NCBI GenBank assembly: GCA_030390025.1
Contig: JASTWF010000033.1
Location: forward strand, 4,280,001 to 4,344,000
Direction: 5' to 3'
Source of the DNA: Squalus acanthias
Lineage: Eukaryota
DNA: 64,000 bases
The notes below the pieces were generated by a model, which did no database searches, was not told the DNA's origin, and saw only the letters and a program-made list of their open reading frames with translations. Below are positions 12,207-25,913 of this stretch, one piece after another. The position numbers and the translations under genes were made by a program. Every line of letters begins with the position of its first letter. Within the stretch, counting starts at the first letter, position 1.

Positions 12207-14718
12207 GTATAGTAGTCATTTCTAATGTAATACAATATTGCAATGGAATATCACTTTGCAAAATATCATTCATTTGCAATGCAATAGAACACTGCAATAG
12301 AATATCACTTTGAAATATATTCGTCATTTGCAATGCAATAGCATATTGCAATGGAATATCACTTTGCAATATAATAGTCATTTGCAATGCAATAGAACAT
12401 TGCAATGAAATATCACTGCAATATAATCGTCATTTGCAATGCAATAGCACATTGCAATGGAAAATCAATTAAGAAAATAGTAGTCATTTGTAATGCAATA
12501 GAAGTTTGCATTCTAATACAAAGTGAAAATATAATAGTCATTTGCAATGCATTGGCACATTGCAATGGAATATCACTTTGCAATATAATAGTCATTTACA
12601 ATGCAATAGAACATTTCAATGGAGTATCACATTTCATATATAATACTTATTTCCAATGCAACAGAACATTGCAATGTAATATTAATTTAAAATATAACAG
12701 TCATTTGAAATGCAATAGCGTGTTGCAATGGAGAATCACTTTGCAATATAATAGTAATTGGCAATGAAATAGCACATTGCAATGGAATATCACTTTGCAA
12801 TTCAATAGCCATTTGCAATGCAATAGTTCATTGCAAGGAAATACCAATTAAGGATATAGTAGTCATTTGTATTGCAATAGAACATTGCAATGGATTATCA
12901 TTTTGAAATAGAATCGTCATATGCAAAGCAATAGAACATTGCAATGGAATATCACTTTGCAATAGGATCGTCATTTGCAAAGCAAGAGAACATTGCAATG
13001 GAAATTCAGTTTGCATTGTAATAATAATTTGCAATTAAATAGAATATTTCAATGGAATATCAATTAACAGTATAGTAGTCATTTGTTTTGAAATGAATAT
13101 AGCAATGGAATATCACTTTGCAATAGGATCGTCATATCCAAAGCAATACATCATTGAAATGGAATATCAATTTGCAATATAATATTCCTTTGCAATGCAA
13201 TAGCACATGACAATGGAATGTTACTTAGCAATATGATCGTCATTTGCTATGAAATAGAACATTGCAATGGAGTATCACTTTGCCATGTAATAGTCATTTG
13301 CAATGCAACAGAACATTTCAACGAAATATCATTGCAATATAATCGTCATTTGCAATGCAATAGAGCATTGCAATGGAATATCACTTTGCAAAAAATAGTC
13401 ATTTGCAATGCATTAGCTCATTCTAATAGAATTTCGCTTAGCAATATAATCCTCAATCGCAATGCAGTAGCACATAGCAATGGAATATCAATTAAGGAAA
13501 TAGTAGTAATTTGTAATGCAATACAACAATGCAATGGAATATCACTTTGGAATAGAATCGTCATATCCAAAGCAATGGAACATTGCAATGGAATATCACT
13601 TTGCAATAGAATCGTCATTTGCAAAGCAAGAGAACGTTGCAATGAAATTTCACTTTGCATTGTAAAAATAATTTGCACTGCAATATAATATTGCAAAGGT
13701 ACATCACTTAACAGTATATTAGTCATTTGTATTGCAATAGACTATTGCAATTGAATATCACTTAGCAATATAATAGTCATTTGCAATGCAAAACACATTG
13801 CAATGGAATATCACTCTGCAATAGATTCGAAATTTGCAATGCAATAGCATATTGCAATGGAATATCACTTTGAAATATAATATTAATTTGCACTGCAATA
13901 GCACATTGCAATTGAATATCACTTTGCCATATAATAGTCAATTGCAATGAAATAGAACATTGCAAGGAAATATCATTTCAATATCATCGTCATTTGCAAT
14001 GCAATAGAACATTGCAATGGAATATCACTTTGCAATATGATAGTCAATTGCAATGCAATATTACATTGCTATTGAAAATCCGATTGCAATTCAATAGCCA
14101 TTTGCAATGCAATAGCACATTGCAATGGAATATCAATTAAGGATATAGTAGTCATTTGTAATGCAATAGAACATTGCAATTGAATATCACTTTGCATTTG
14201 AATCGTCATATGCAAAGCAATAGAACATTGCAATGGAATATCACTTTGCAATAGAATCGTCATTTGCAAAGCAAGAGACCATTGCAATGGAATTTAAGTT
14301 TGCATTTTAATAATAATTTGCAATGCAATAAAATATCGCAATAAAATATCACTTAACAGTACAGTAGACATTTGTAATGTAATACAATATTGCTATGGAA
14401 TATCACTTAGTAATATATTCGTCATTTGCAATGCAATAGCATATTGCAATGGAATATCACTTTGCAATGTAATAGTCTTTTGCAATGCAACAGAACATTG
14501 CAATGGAACATAACTTTAGATATAATAGTCATTTGCAATGCAATAGCACATTGCATTGTAATATCACTTAGCCATATGATCGACATTTGCAATGCAATAG
14601 AACATTGCAATGGAATATCACTTTGCCATATAATAGTCATTTGCAAGGCAATAGCACATTGCAATGGAATATCGCTTTGCAATATGATTGTTATTTGCAA
14701 TGCAATAGAACAGTGCAA
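12207..14718 (+). repeat. 54-bp satellite block
   Basis: Tandem degenerate units. Confidence 0.95.
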
Positions 14719-15571
14719 TGTCTTCGAAACTAGGGGTGCCTAAAAATGAATATGGCTGCATGAATAATGCTGTGTTTAAATGATAAGTTCCGTTTTCCTG
14801 GAAAGCATGCATTAGAATTTGAGACAGTCTTTTTAATCAGTTAGATTAGGGGAAACATAAACATTCCACACGGGGGACCATAGGATGGTCCTGTCAGGCA
14901 CGTTGTCTGTGGTTTGTCAGTTAGGGTTTTGACTTTAATTATGTATCTTTAATTTGGCCAGTGAAGGCCCAACCTGTTTCTTGCATTGTTACTAATAACC
15001 ATCTTATAATCTCCACAGATAGAATTTGGAATTTGTTCAGCAGAACTGCTTTTCAAGATAATTAAAAGTAAATTAGGAATAGGCATAGAATGAAATACAT
15101 TTGAGGAGGCTAAGGTATCCATCTTAGAATGGGCCATTTGCTAGATGAAGGTGAGATAGCAACTGGCTAATGTGCAACAGCTCTGGCTGGGGCCATGATT
15201 AAGAGGGACAGGGCCGGGCCTTATACTTGCTGGGTTAAGGAGGATATTTAAATATATACGATTAAACATAATGTACCCACGATATTGGTTTGCACTCGAT
15301 CCTGTTTACCAAAGATAGGTGAATCTCGACAAATTGGCGAGCCGAGTCAGGGTTGTTGTTTTCGAAACGTGCCGAGGACGGGTTCAGTCTATAATGTTAC
15401 AAGGCATTCTTATCGGGTTGGAAAGTAAAAACGAAATGGCAGATATAGATATTTTAGAGAAAAGTTTGCGAACAGTCTTTCGGATAGGTAAGGGGCTCCG
15501 GGAGCCCAAGCAGTAATCGGAATAGTACAGGGAGATGGGAAAAGTGAGAAGAGTTACTCTGAGATTTGGTG
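14719..15571 (+). mobile_element. 5' LTR (14719-15331, internally deleted) + PBS + leader of a truncated LTR retroelement/ERV
   Basis: TGTC...GACA termini, ATTAAA near 15261, then aat-TGGCGAGCC. The mirror LTR at 42838-43918 is about 470 bp longer. Confidence 0.75.
15335..15352 (+). promoter_or_regulatory. Primer binding site, tRNA-Arg(ACG)-like
   Basis: TGGCGAGCCGAGTCAGGG lies 3 nt after the LTR end and resembles TGGCGAGCCAGCCAGGAG, the complement of the vertebrate tRNA-Arg(ACG) 3' end. Confidence 0.65.
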
Positions 15572-16965
15572 CGAGATATTTGAGGGACGGCAGATGTCAC
15601 ATCTGACGCCACTGTAAAGAGCATGTCGGTTGTGAGAGGGAGAATATTTCTGACGTGAAGCCGGTTTGAGTCAGACGTAATCTCTAAAGTCCAGGGAATA
15701 TATCCGTAGTTTGTGCAATCTCCCATTGTAATTTGACCCTTGGACAATGTCCATCATTCTGTTAAATCCACGCTTCACTTTTTAAGACTAATATTACCTT
15801 CCTAAGGTGTGAAACCCAGAACTGCACACAGTACTCCAGGTGTGGTCTAACCAGTGCTTTGTATGGCTGTTGCATAATTTCTCCCCCTTATATTGTCATC
15901 CTATAGATATAAGTATCACCTTTCATTCAGCCTTTTTGATTCTTTTCTGTACCTGTCCATGACCATTAAATGATATATGTACATGCACCCTTAAGTGTAT
16001 TTGGATCTCAACTGTTTCCAGCTTAACATTGTATAGAGTGTATTCTAAAAGCCCCTTTTTAGATCCGACGTTGATGACATCACACTTGCTAATATTTAAA
16101 TCAATTTGCCACAGATTTGCCCATTCACTTAATTTATGAATATCTGGGCAAATTTCTTGCTTCCACCTGTACTGCTTATAATGCCGCCTATCTATTTTGT
16201 CATCGTTAAACTTGAATGTGTGACTCTCAATCCCATCAAGTAAGTCGGTAATAAAATCGGCGAATAGATGAGGCCACATAAGAGATTCCTCACGGACACC
16301 ACTCGTCATATCCTGCCAAATAAAGTAACAGATCATTATCCGTAAACGGCGTCTCCTGTCGCGCAAACAATTTCCTAACCAGGACAATAAAACTGTATTT
16401 TGCTCCATGTCTGCCAGCTACTAATGATTTGTGAACTGGGGCTCATAAACCTCTTTACTCCTCAACAGTTAATAGCTTCCAATTATTTAGAAAATACTCC
16501 GAACTATCTCATAATGTTGCAAGGTGGATGCTGTCACACTTGGGCACAGTGAACTCGATTTGCCTTTGTTTTGCCGACTTACTTCGTCTGTCTCTGTCCC
16601 TTTGGTTTGCTCCCGTTCCCATTTGCACTACGACCGGACCTTCTAACTTAGTGCGATCTTCAAACTTGGATCTACAGCGCTCAATTGCTCCATCCAAGTC
16701 AATCGTAAATACGGTGAAAAGTTGAAGATCCAATACAGATATTTGAGGGACGGCAGTTGTCACATTTGACGCCACTGCTAAAGAGCATGTCGCTTGTGAG
16801 AGGGAGAATATTTCTGGCGTGAAGCCGGTTTGAGGCAGTCAATCTGGATTTGTGGGAGAAATGAGCTGTACAGGCTGGATTATGGACAAGAAAATGGAAT
16901 TTGTCGAAGGTGCAATGATGCACTGCAGCCAATGAAAGTCCTTTTGTGAGATCGAGTGAGCAAGA

Positions 16966-17038
16966 GCCCCGATAGCTCAGTTGGTAGAGCATCAGACTTT
17001 TAATCTGAGGGTCCAGGGTTCAAGTCACTGTTCAGGCG
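16966..17038 (+). tRNA. trnK: tRNA-Lys(UUU) copy 1, full length, probably a pseudogene
   Basis: 73-nt match to vertebrate GCCCGGATAGCTCAGTCGGTAGAGCATCAGACTTTTAATCTGAGGGTCCAGGGTTCAAGTCCCTGTTCGGGCG with acceptor-stem and T-stem mismatches; TTTT downstream. Confidence 0.85.
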
Positions 17039-18745
17039 CTGCTTTTAAATCACGATATTCATTTCCACATTCGTGCTCTGATCCTTCAGCAATGAGAATA
17101 ACAACAGAACAAGGCATTTCAACCGCTCGATGCTTTCTGCCATTCAATTGGATCTGTGATCGAACTCCGTTTGCATCCCTTTGCTCCAGATCCCTTCATA
17201 TCTTTGGTTGACCAACATCTGTCAATCTCAAGTTTAACATTGCAAATTGAACCAGATTTAAGTGCTGTTTGCGGAAGTGTGTTACAAATTTCTGACACCC
17301 ATTCCATGTGGAAGCCTTTCCTAACTTCTCTCCTCAAAGGCTTGGAACTAATGTTGAGTCTGTGTCCCGTACTCCTGGACGGGCCAATCATCGGAAATAG
17401 CTTCGCACTATCAGTTCCACTTAATATCGCGAATACTTCAATCAAATCACCACGTAAGCTTCTAAATTCCAGGGAATATATTCCTAGTTTGTGCAATCTC
17501 CCATTGTAATTTGTCCCTTGGACTCTGTGTATCATTCTGGTAAAGCTACGCTTTACTTTTTAAGCCTAATTTTACCTTCCTAAGGTGTGATGCCCAGAAC
17601 TGCACACAGTACTCCAGGTGTGGTCTATCCAGTGCTTTGTATGGCTGTTGCATAATTTATCCCCCTTATATTGTCATCCTATAGATATAAGTATCACCTT
17701 TCATTCAGACTTTTTGATTATTTTCTGTACCTGTCCATGACCATTAAATGATATATGTACATGGACCCTTAAGTCTATTTGGATCTCAACTGTTTCCAGC
17801 TTAACATTGTATAGAGTGTATTCTAAACGCCCCTTTTTAGATCCGAAGTGGATGACATCACACTTCGCTAATATTTAAATCAATTTGACACAGATTTGCC
17901 CATTCACATGATCTATGAATATCTGGGCAAATTTCTTGCTTCCACCTATACTACTTATAATGCCGCCTATCTATTTTGTCATCGTTAAACTTGAATGTTT
18001 GGCTCTCAATCCCATCAAGTAGGTCGTTAATAAAATCGATGAATAGATGAGGCCACATAAGAGATTCCTCGCGGACACCACTCGTCATATCCTGCCAAAT
18101 AAAGTAACAGATCATTATCCGTAAACTGCGTCTCCTGTCGCGCAAACAATTTCCTAACCAAGACAATAAAACTGTATTTTGCTCCATGTCTGCCAGCTAC
18201 TAATGATTTGTGAACTGGGGCTCATAAACCTCTTTACTCCTCAACAGTTAATAGCTTCCAATCATTTAGAAAATACTCCCAACTATCTCATAATGTTGCA
18301 AGGTGGATGCTGTCACACTTGGGCACAGTGAACTCGATTTGCCTTTTGTTTTGCCGACTTACTTCGTCTGTTTCTGTCCCTTTGGTTTGCTCCCGTTCCC
18401 ATTTGCAATACGACCGGACCTTCTAACTTAGTGCGATCTTCAAACTTGGATCTACAGCGCTCAATTGCTCCATCGAAGTCAATCGTAAATACGGTGAAAA
18501 GTTGAACATCCAATACAGATATTTGAGGGACGGCAGTTGTCACATTTGACGCCATTGCCAAAGAGCATGTGCCTTGTGAGAGGGAGAATATTTCTGGCGT
18601 GAAGCCGGTTTGAGGCAGTCAATCTTGATTTGTGGGAGAAATGAACTGTACAGGCTGGATTAAGGAAAAGAAAATGGAATTTGTCGAAGGTGCATTGATG
18701 CACTGCAGCCAATGAAAGTCCTTTTGTGAGATTTTGTCTGCAAGA

Positions 18746-18818
18746 GTCCCGATAGCTCAGTCGGTAGAGCGTCAGACATTTAATCTGAGGGTCCAGGGTT
18801 CAAGTCCCTGTTCGGGCG
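18746..18818 (+). tRNA. trnK: tRNA-Lys(UUU) copy 2, probably a pseudogene
   Basis: Full length; U33 changed to A (cagacatttaatctg) and acceptor-stem changes. Confidence 0.85.
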
Positions 18819-20532
18819 CTGCTTTTAAATCACGATACTCTTTTCTACATTCGTGCTCTGTTCCTTCAGCAATGAGAATAACAACAGAACTGGGCCTTTC
18901 AACCGCTCGAGCCTTTCTGCCGTTTAATTGTATCTGTGATCGAACTCCGTTTGCATCCCTTTGCTCCAGATCCCTTCATATCTTTGGTTAACCAACATCT
19001 ATCAATCTCAAATTTAACATTGCCAATTGACCCAGATTTAAGTTCAGTTTGCGGAAGTGTGTTACAAATTTCTGTCACCCATTCCATGTAGAAGCCTTTC
19101 CTAACTTCTCTCCTGAAAGGCTTGGAACGAATGTTGAGTCTGTGTCCCGTACTCCTAGGCGGGTCAATCATCGGAAATAGCTTCGCTCTATCGACACTAT
19201 CAGTTCCACCTAATATCGTGAATACGTCAATCAAATCACCACGTAAGCTTCTAAATTCCAGGGAATATATCCCTGGTTTGTGCAATCTCCCATTGTAATT
19301 TGTCCCTTGGACTCTGTGTATCATTCTGGTAAATCTACGCTTCACTTTTTAAGCCTAATATTACCTTCCTAATGTGTGATGCCCAGAACTGCACACAGTA
19401 CTCCAGGTGTGGTCTATCCAGTGCTTTGTATGGCTGTTGCATAATTCTCCCCCTTATATTGTCATCCTATAGATATAAGTATCACCTTTCATTCAGCCTT
19501 TTTGATTCTTTTCTGTACCTGTCCATGACCATTAAATGATATATGTACATGGACCCTTAAGTCTATTTGGATCTCAACTGTTTCCGCTTAACATTGTATA
19601 GAGTGTATTCTAAAAGCCCCTTTTTATTTCCGAAGTGGATGACATCACACTTCGCTAATATTTAAATCAATTTGCCACAGATTTGCCCAGTCACATAATC
19701 GATGAATATCTGGGCAAATTTCTTGCTTCCACCTATACTGCTTATAATACCACCTATCTATTTTGTCATCGTTAAACTTGAATGTTTGGCTCTCAATCCC
19801 ATCAAGTAAGTCGTTAATAAAATCGGTGAATAGATGAGGCCACATAAGAGATCCCTCAGGGACACCACTCGTCATATCCTGCCAAATAAAGTACCAGATC
19901 ATTATCCGTAAACTGCGTCTCCTGTCGCGCAAACAATTTCCTAACCAGGTCAATAAAACTGTATTTTGCTCCATGTCTGCCAGCTTCTAATGATTTGTGA
20001 ACTGGGGCTCATAAACCACTTTACTCCTCAACAGTTAATAGCTTCCAATTATTTAGAAAATACTCCGAACTATCCCATAATGTTGCAAAGTGGCTGCAGT
20101 CACACTTGGGCACAGTGAACTCGATTTGCCTTTTGTTTTGCCGACTTACTCCGTCTGCCTCTGTCCCTTTGGTTTGCTCCCGTTCCCATTTGCACTACGA
20201 CCGGACCTTCTAACTTAGTGCGATCTTCAAGCTTGGATCTACATCGCTCAATTGCTCCATCCGAGTCAATCGTAATTACGGTGAAAAGTTGAAGATCCAA
20301 TACAGATATTTGAGGGACGGCAGTTGTCACATTTGACGCCATTGCTAAAGAGCATGTCGCTTGTGAGAGGGAGAATATTTCTGGCGTGAAGCCGGTTTGA
20401 GGCAGTCAATCTGGATTTGTGGGAGAAATGAGCTGTACAGGCTGGATTATGGACAAGATAATGGAATTTGTCGAAGGTGCAATGATGCACTGCAGCCAAT
20501 GAAAGTCCTTTTGTGAGATTTTTTCAGCAAGA

Positions 20533-20597
20533 GCCCGGATAGCTCAGTCGGTAGACTTTTAATCTGAGGGTCCAGGGTTCAAGTCACTGTTCAGGCG
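20533..20597 (+). pseudogene. trnK: tRNA-Lys(UUU) pseudogene with 8-bp deletion
   Basis: ggtagacttttaatctg: GCATCAGA is missing, removing part of the D stem and anticodon stem. Confidence 0.9.
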
Positions 20598-22304
20598 CTG
20601 CTTTTAAATCACGATATTCATTTCTACAATCGTGCTCTGATCCTTCAGCAATGAGAATAACAACAGAACAAGGCATTTTAACCGCTCGAGCCTTTCTGCC
20701 GTTCAATTGGATCTGTGATCGAACTCCGTTTGCATCCCTTTGCTTCCAGATTCCTTAATAGTTTGGTTAACCAACATCTGTCAATCTCAAGTTTAACATT
20801 GCCAATTGACCCAGATTTTAATGCTGTTTGCGGAAGTGTGTTACAAATTTCTGCCACTCATTCCATGTAGAACCTTTCCGAACTTCTCTCCTGAAAGGCT
20901 TGGAACTAATGTTGAGTCTGTGTCCCGTACTCCGAGACGGGCCAATCATCGGAAATAGCTTCGCTCTATCGACACTATCAGTTCCACCTAATATCCTGAA
21001 TACTTCAATCAAATCACCACGTCAGCTTTTAAATTCCAGGGAATATATCCCTAGTTTGTGCAATCTCCCATTGTAATTTGTCCATTGACATCTGTGTATC
21101 ATTCTGGTAAATCTACGCTTCCCTTTTTAAGCCTTATACTAAGGTGTGATGCCCATAACTGCAAACAGTACTCCAGGTGTGGTCTAACCAGTGCTTTGTA
21201 TGGCTGTTGCATAATTTCATCCCCATTATATTGTCATCCTATAGACATAAGTATCACCTTTCATTCAGCCTTTTTGATTCTTTTCTGTACCTTTGCATGA
21301 CCATTAAATGATATATGTACATGGACCCTTAAGTCTATTTGGATCTCAACTGTTTCCGCTTAACATTGTATAGAGTGTATTCTAAAAGCCCCTTTTTAGT
21401 TCCGAAGTGGATGACATCACACTTCGCTAATATTTAAATCAATTTGCCACAGATTTGCCCATTCACATAATCGATGAATATCTGGGCAAATTTCTTGCTT
21501 CCACCTGTACTGCTTATAATGCCGCCTATCTATTTTGTCATCGTTAAACTTGAATGTTTGGCTCTCAATCCCTTCAAGTAAGTCGTTAATAAAATAGGTG
21601 AATAGATGAGGCCACACAAGAGATCCCTCAGGGACACCACTCGTCATATCCTGCCAAATAAAGTAACAAATCATTATCCGTAAACTGCGTCTCCTGTCGA
21701 GCAAACAATTTCCTAACCAGGTCAATAAAACTGTATTTTGCTCCATGTCTGCCAGCTACTAATGATTTGTGAACTGGGGCTCATAAACATCTTTACTCCT
21801 CAACAGTTAATTGTTTCCAATTATTTAGAAAATACTCCGAACTATCTCATAATGTTGCAAAGTGGCTGCAGTCACACTTGGGCACAGTGAACTCGATTTG
21901 CCTTTTGTTTTGCCGACTTACTCCGTCTGCCTCTGTCCCTTTGGTTTGCTCCCGTTCCCATTTGCACTACGACCGGACCTTCTAACTTAGTGCGATCTTC
22001 AAACTTGGATCTACATCGCTCAATTGCTCCATCCGCGTCAATCGTAAATACGGTGAAAAGTTGAAGATCCAATACAGATATTTGAGGGACGGCAGTTGTC
22101 ACATTTGACGCCACTGCTAAAGAGCATGTCGCTTGTGAGAAGGAGAATATTTCTGGCGTGAATCCGGTTTGAGGCAGTCAATCTGGATTTGTGGGAGAAA
22201 TGAGCTGTACAAGCTGGATTATGGACAAGAAAATTGAATTTGTCGAAGGTGCAATGATGCACTGCAGCCAATCAAAGTCCTGTTGTGAAATTGAGTCAGC
22301 AAGA

Positions 22305-22369
22305 GCCCGGATAGCTCAGTCGGTAGACTTTTAATCTGAGTGTCCAGGGTTCAAGTCCCTGTTCGGGCG
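22305..22369 (+). pseudogene. trnK: tRNA-Lys(UUU) pseudogene with 8-bp deletion
   Basis: Same deletion as the copy at 20533. Confidence 0.9.
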
Positions 22370-24075
22370 CTGCTTTTAAATCACGATATTCATTTCGACA
22401 ATCGTGCTCTGATCCTTCAGCAATGAGAATAACAACAGAACAAGGCATTTTAACCGCTCGAGCCTTTCTGCCGTTCAATTGTATCTGTGATCGAACTCCG
22501 TTTGCATCCCTTTGCTCCAGATTTCTTAATACTTTGGTTAACCAACATCTGTCAATCTCAAGTTTAACATTGCCGATTGACCCAGATTTAAATGCTGTTT
22601 GCGGAAGTGTGTTACAAATTTCTGCCACTCATTGCATGTAGAAGCCTTTCCTAACTTCTCTCCTGAAAGGCTTGGAACTAATGTTGAGTCTGTGTACCGT
22701 ACTCCTAGATAGGCCAATCATCGGAAATAGCTTCGCTCTATCGACACTATCAGTTCCACCTAATATCGTGAATACTTCAATCAAATCACCACGTCAGCTT
22801 TTAAATTCAAGGGAATATATCCCTAGTTTGTGCAATCTCCCATTGTAATTTGTCCCTTGGACTCTGTGTATCATTCTGGTAAGTCACCGCTTCACTTTTT
22901 AAGCCTAATACTAAGGTGTGATGCCCAGAACTGCACACAGTGCTCCAGGTGTGGTCTAACCAGTGCTTTGTATGGCTGTTGCATAATTTCTCCCCCTTAT
23001 ATTGTCATCCTATAGACATAAGTATCACCTTTCATTCAGCCTTTTTGATTCTTTTCTGTACCTGTCCATGACCATTAAATGATATATGTACATGGACCCT
23101 TAAGTCTATTTGGATCTCAACTGTTTCCAGCTTAACATTGTATAGAGTGTATTCTAAAAGCCCCTTTTTATTTCCGAAGTGGATGACATCACACTTCGCT
23201 AATATTTAAATCAATTTGCCACAGATTTGCCCATTCACATAATCGATGAATATCTGGGCAAATTTCTTGCTTCCACCTGTACTGCTTATAATGCCGCCTA
23301 TCTATTTTGTCATCGTTAAACTTGAATGTTTGGCTCTCAATCCCATCAAGTAAGTCTTTATAAAATCGGTGAATAGATGAGGCCACATAAGAGATCCCTC
23401 AGGGACACCACTCGTCATATCCTGCCAAATAAAGTATTAGATCATTATCCATAAAATGCGTCTCCTGTCGCGCAAACAATTTCCTAACCAGGTAAATAAA
23501 ACTGTATTTTGCTCCATGTCTGCCAGCTACTAATGATTTGTGAACTGGGGCTCATAAACCTCGTTACTCCTCAACAGTTAATAGCTTCCAATTATTTAGA
23601 AAATACTCCGAACTATCTCATAATGTTGCAAGGTGGCTGCTGTCACACTTGGGCACAGTGAACTCGATTTGCCTTTTGTTTTGCCGACTTACTCCATCTG
23701 TCTCTGTCCCTTTGGTTTGCTCCCGTTCCCATTTGCACTACGACCGGACCTTCTAACTTAGTGCGATCTTCAAACTTGGATCTACATCGCTCAATTGCTC
23801 CATCCGAGTCAATCGTAAATACGGTGAAAAGTTGAAGATCCAATACAGATATTTGAGGGACGGCAGTTGTCACATTTGACGCCACTGCTAAAGAGCATGT
23901 CGCTTGTGAGAGGGAGAATATTTCTGGCGTGAAGCCGGTTTGAGGCAGTCAATCTGGATTTGTGGGAGAAATGAGCTGTACAGGCTGGATTATGGACAAG
24001 AAAATGGAATTTGTCGAAGGTGCAATGATGCACTGCAGCCAATGAAAGTCCTTTTGTGAGATTGAGTCTGCAAGA

Positions 24076-24140
24076 GCCCGGATAGCTCAGTCGGTAGACT
24101 TTTAATCTGAGGGTCCAGGATTCAAGTCCCTGTTCGGGCG
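24076..24140 (+). pseudogene. trnK: tRNA-Lys(UUU) pseudogene with 8-bp deletion
   Basis: Same deletion as the copy at 20533. Confidence 0.9.
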
Positions 24141-25840
24141 CTGCCTTTAAATCACGATATTAATTTCTACAATCGTGCTCTGATCCTTCAGCAATGAGAA
24201 TAACAACTGAACAAGGCATTTTAACCGCTCTAGCCTTTCTGCCGTTCAATTGGATCTGTGATCGAACTCCGTTTGCATCCCGTTGCTCCAGATCCCTTAA
24301 TATCTTTGTTTAACCAACATCTGTCAATCTCAAATTTAACATTGCCAATTGACCCAGATTTAAATGCTGTTTGCGGAAGTGTGTTACAAATTTCTGCCAC
24401 TCATTCCGTGTAGAAGACTTTCCTAACTTCTCTCCTGAAAGGCTTGGAACTAATGTTGAGTCTGTGTCCTGTACTCTTAGACGGGCCAATCATCGGAAAT
24501 AGCTTCGCTCTATCGACACTATCAGTTCCACCTGATATCGTAAATACTTCAATCAAATCACCACGTCAGCTTTTAAATTCCAGGGAATATATCCCTAGTT
24601 TGTGCAATATCCCATTGTAATTTGGACTCTGTGTATCATTCTGGTAAATCTACGCTTCACTTTTTAAGCCTAATACTAAGGTGTGATGCCCAGAACTGCA
24701 CACAGTACTCCAGGTGTGGTCTAACCAGTGCTTTGTATGTTTGTTGCATAATTTATCCCCCTTATATTGTCATCCTATAGATATAAGTATCACCTTTCAT
24801 TCAGCCTTTTTGATTCTTTTCTGTACCTGTCCATGACCATTAAATGATATATGTACATGGACCCTTAAGTCTATTTGGATCTCAACTGTTTCCAGCTTAA
24901 CATTGTATAGAGTGTATTCTAAACGCCCCTTTTTAGATCCGAAGTGGATGACATCACACTTCGCTAATATTTAAATCAATTTGCCACAGATTTGCCCATT
25001 CACATAATCGATGACTATCTGGGCAAATTTCTTGCTTCCACCTATACTGCTTATAATGCCGCCTATCTATTTTGTCATCGTTAAACTTGAATGTTTGGCT
25101 CTCAATCCCATCAAGTAAGTCGTTAATAAAATCGTTGAATAGATGAGGCCACATAAGAGATCCCTCACGGACACCACTCGTCATATCCAGCCAAATATCG
25201 TAACAGATCATTATCCGTAAACTGCGTCTCCTGTCGCGCAAACAATTTCCTAACCAGGACAATAAAACTGTATTTTGCTCCATGTCTGCCAGCTACTAAT
25301 GATTTGTGAACTGGGGCTCATAAACCTCTTTGCTCCTCAACAGTTAACAGCTTCCAATTATTTAGAAATTACTCCGAACTATCTCATAATGTTGCAAGGT
25401 GGATGCTGTCACACTTGGGCACAGTGAACTCGATTTGCCTTTGTTTTGCCGACTTACTTCGTCTGTCTCTGTCCCTTTGGTTTGCTCCCGTTCCCATTTG
25501 CACTACGACCGGACCTTCTAACTTAGTGCGATCTTCAAACTTGGATCTGCAGCGCTCAATTGCTCCATACAAGTCAATCGTAAATACAGTGAAAAGTTGA
25601 AGATCCAATACAGATATTTGAGGGACGGCAGTTGTCACATTTGACGCCACTGCTAAAGAGCATGTCGCTTGTGAGAGGGAGAATATTTCTGGCGTGAAGC
25701 CGGTTTGAGGCAATCAATCTGGATTTGTGGGAGCAATGAGCTGTACAGGCTGGATTATGGACAAGAAAATTGAATTTGTCGAAGGTGCAATGATGCGCTG
25801 CAGCCATTGAAAGTCCTTTTGTGATATTTAGTCCGCAAGA

Positions 25841-25913
25841 GACCGGATAGCTCTGTAGGCAGAGAATAAGACTTTTTATCTGAGGATCCAGGGTTCAAGT
25901 CCCTGGTCGGGCG
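25841..25913 (+). pseudogene. trnK: Degenerate tRNA-Lys(UUU) pseudogene
   Basis: Full length with many substitutions in the D arm and anticodon arm; B box GGTTCAAGTCC retained. Confidence 0.85.

Noticed and set aside
4759..14743. Cys-rich hexapeptide-repeat ORFs (CNAIEH-CNGISL-CNIIVI; LQCNRT-LQWNIT) resembling beta-solenoid or antifreeze-type proteins; also at 43.9-53.6 kb and 62-64 kb
   Set aside because: A by-product of the 54-bp period. ORFs occur in several frames on both strands, are short, are broken by stops and indels, and show no gene structure.
15923..25807. Recurrent ORFs in the array (MEQNTVLL..., MASNVTTAVPQ..., MAAVHHCTFDK...) as a tandem gene family
   Set aside because: They are decayed CR1 RT remnants or antisense frames with variable frameshifts between units; they recur only because the DNA unit is repeated.
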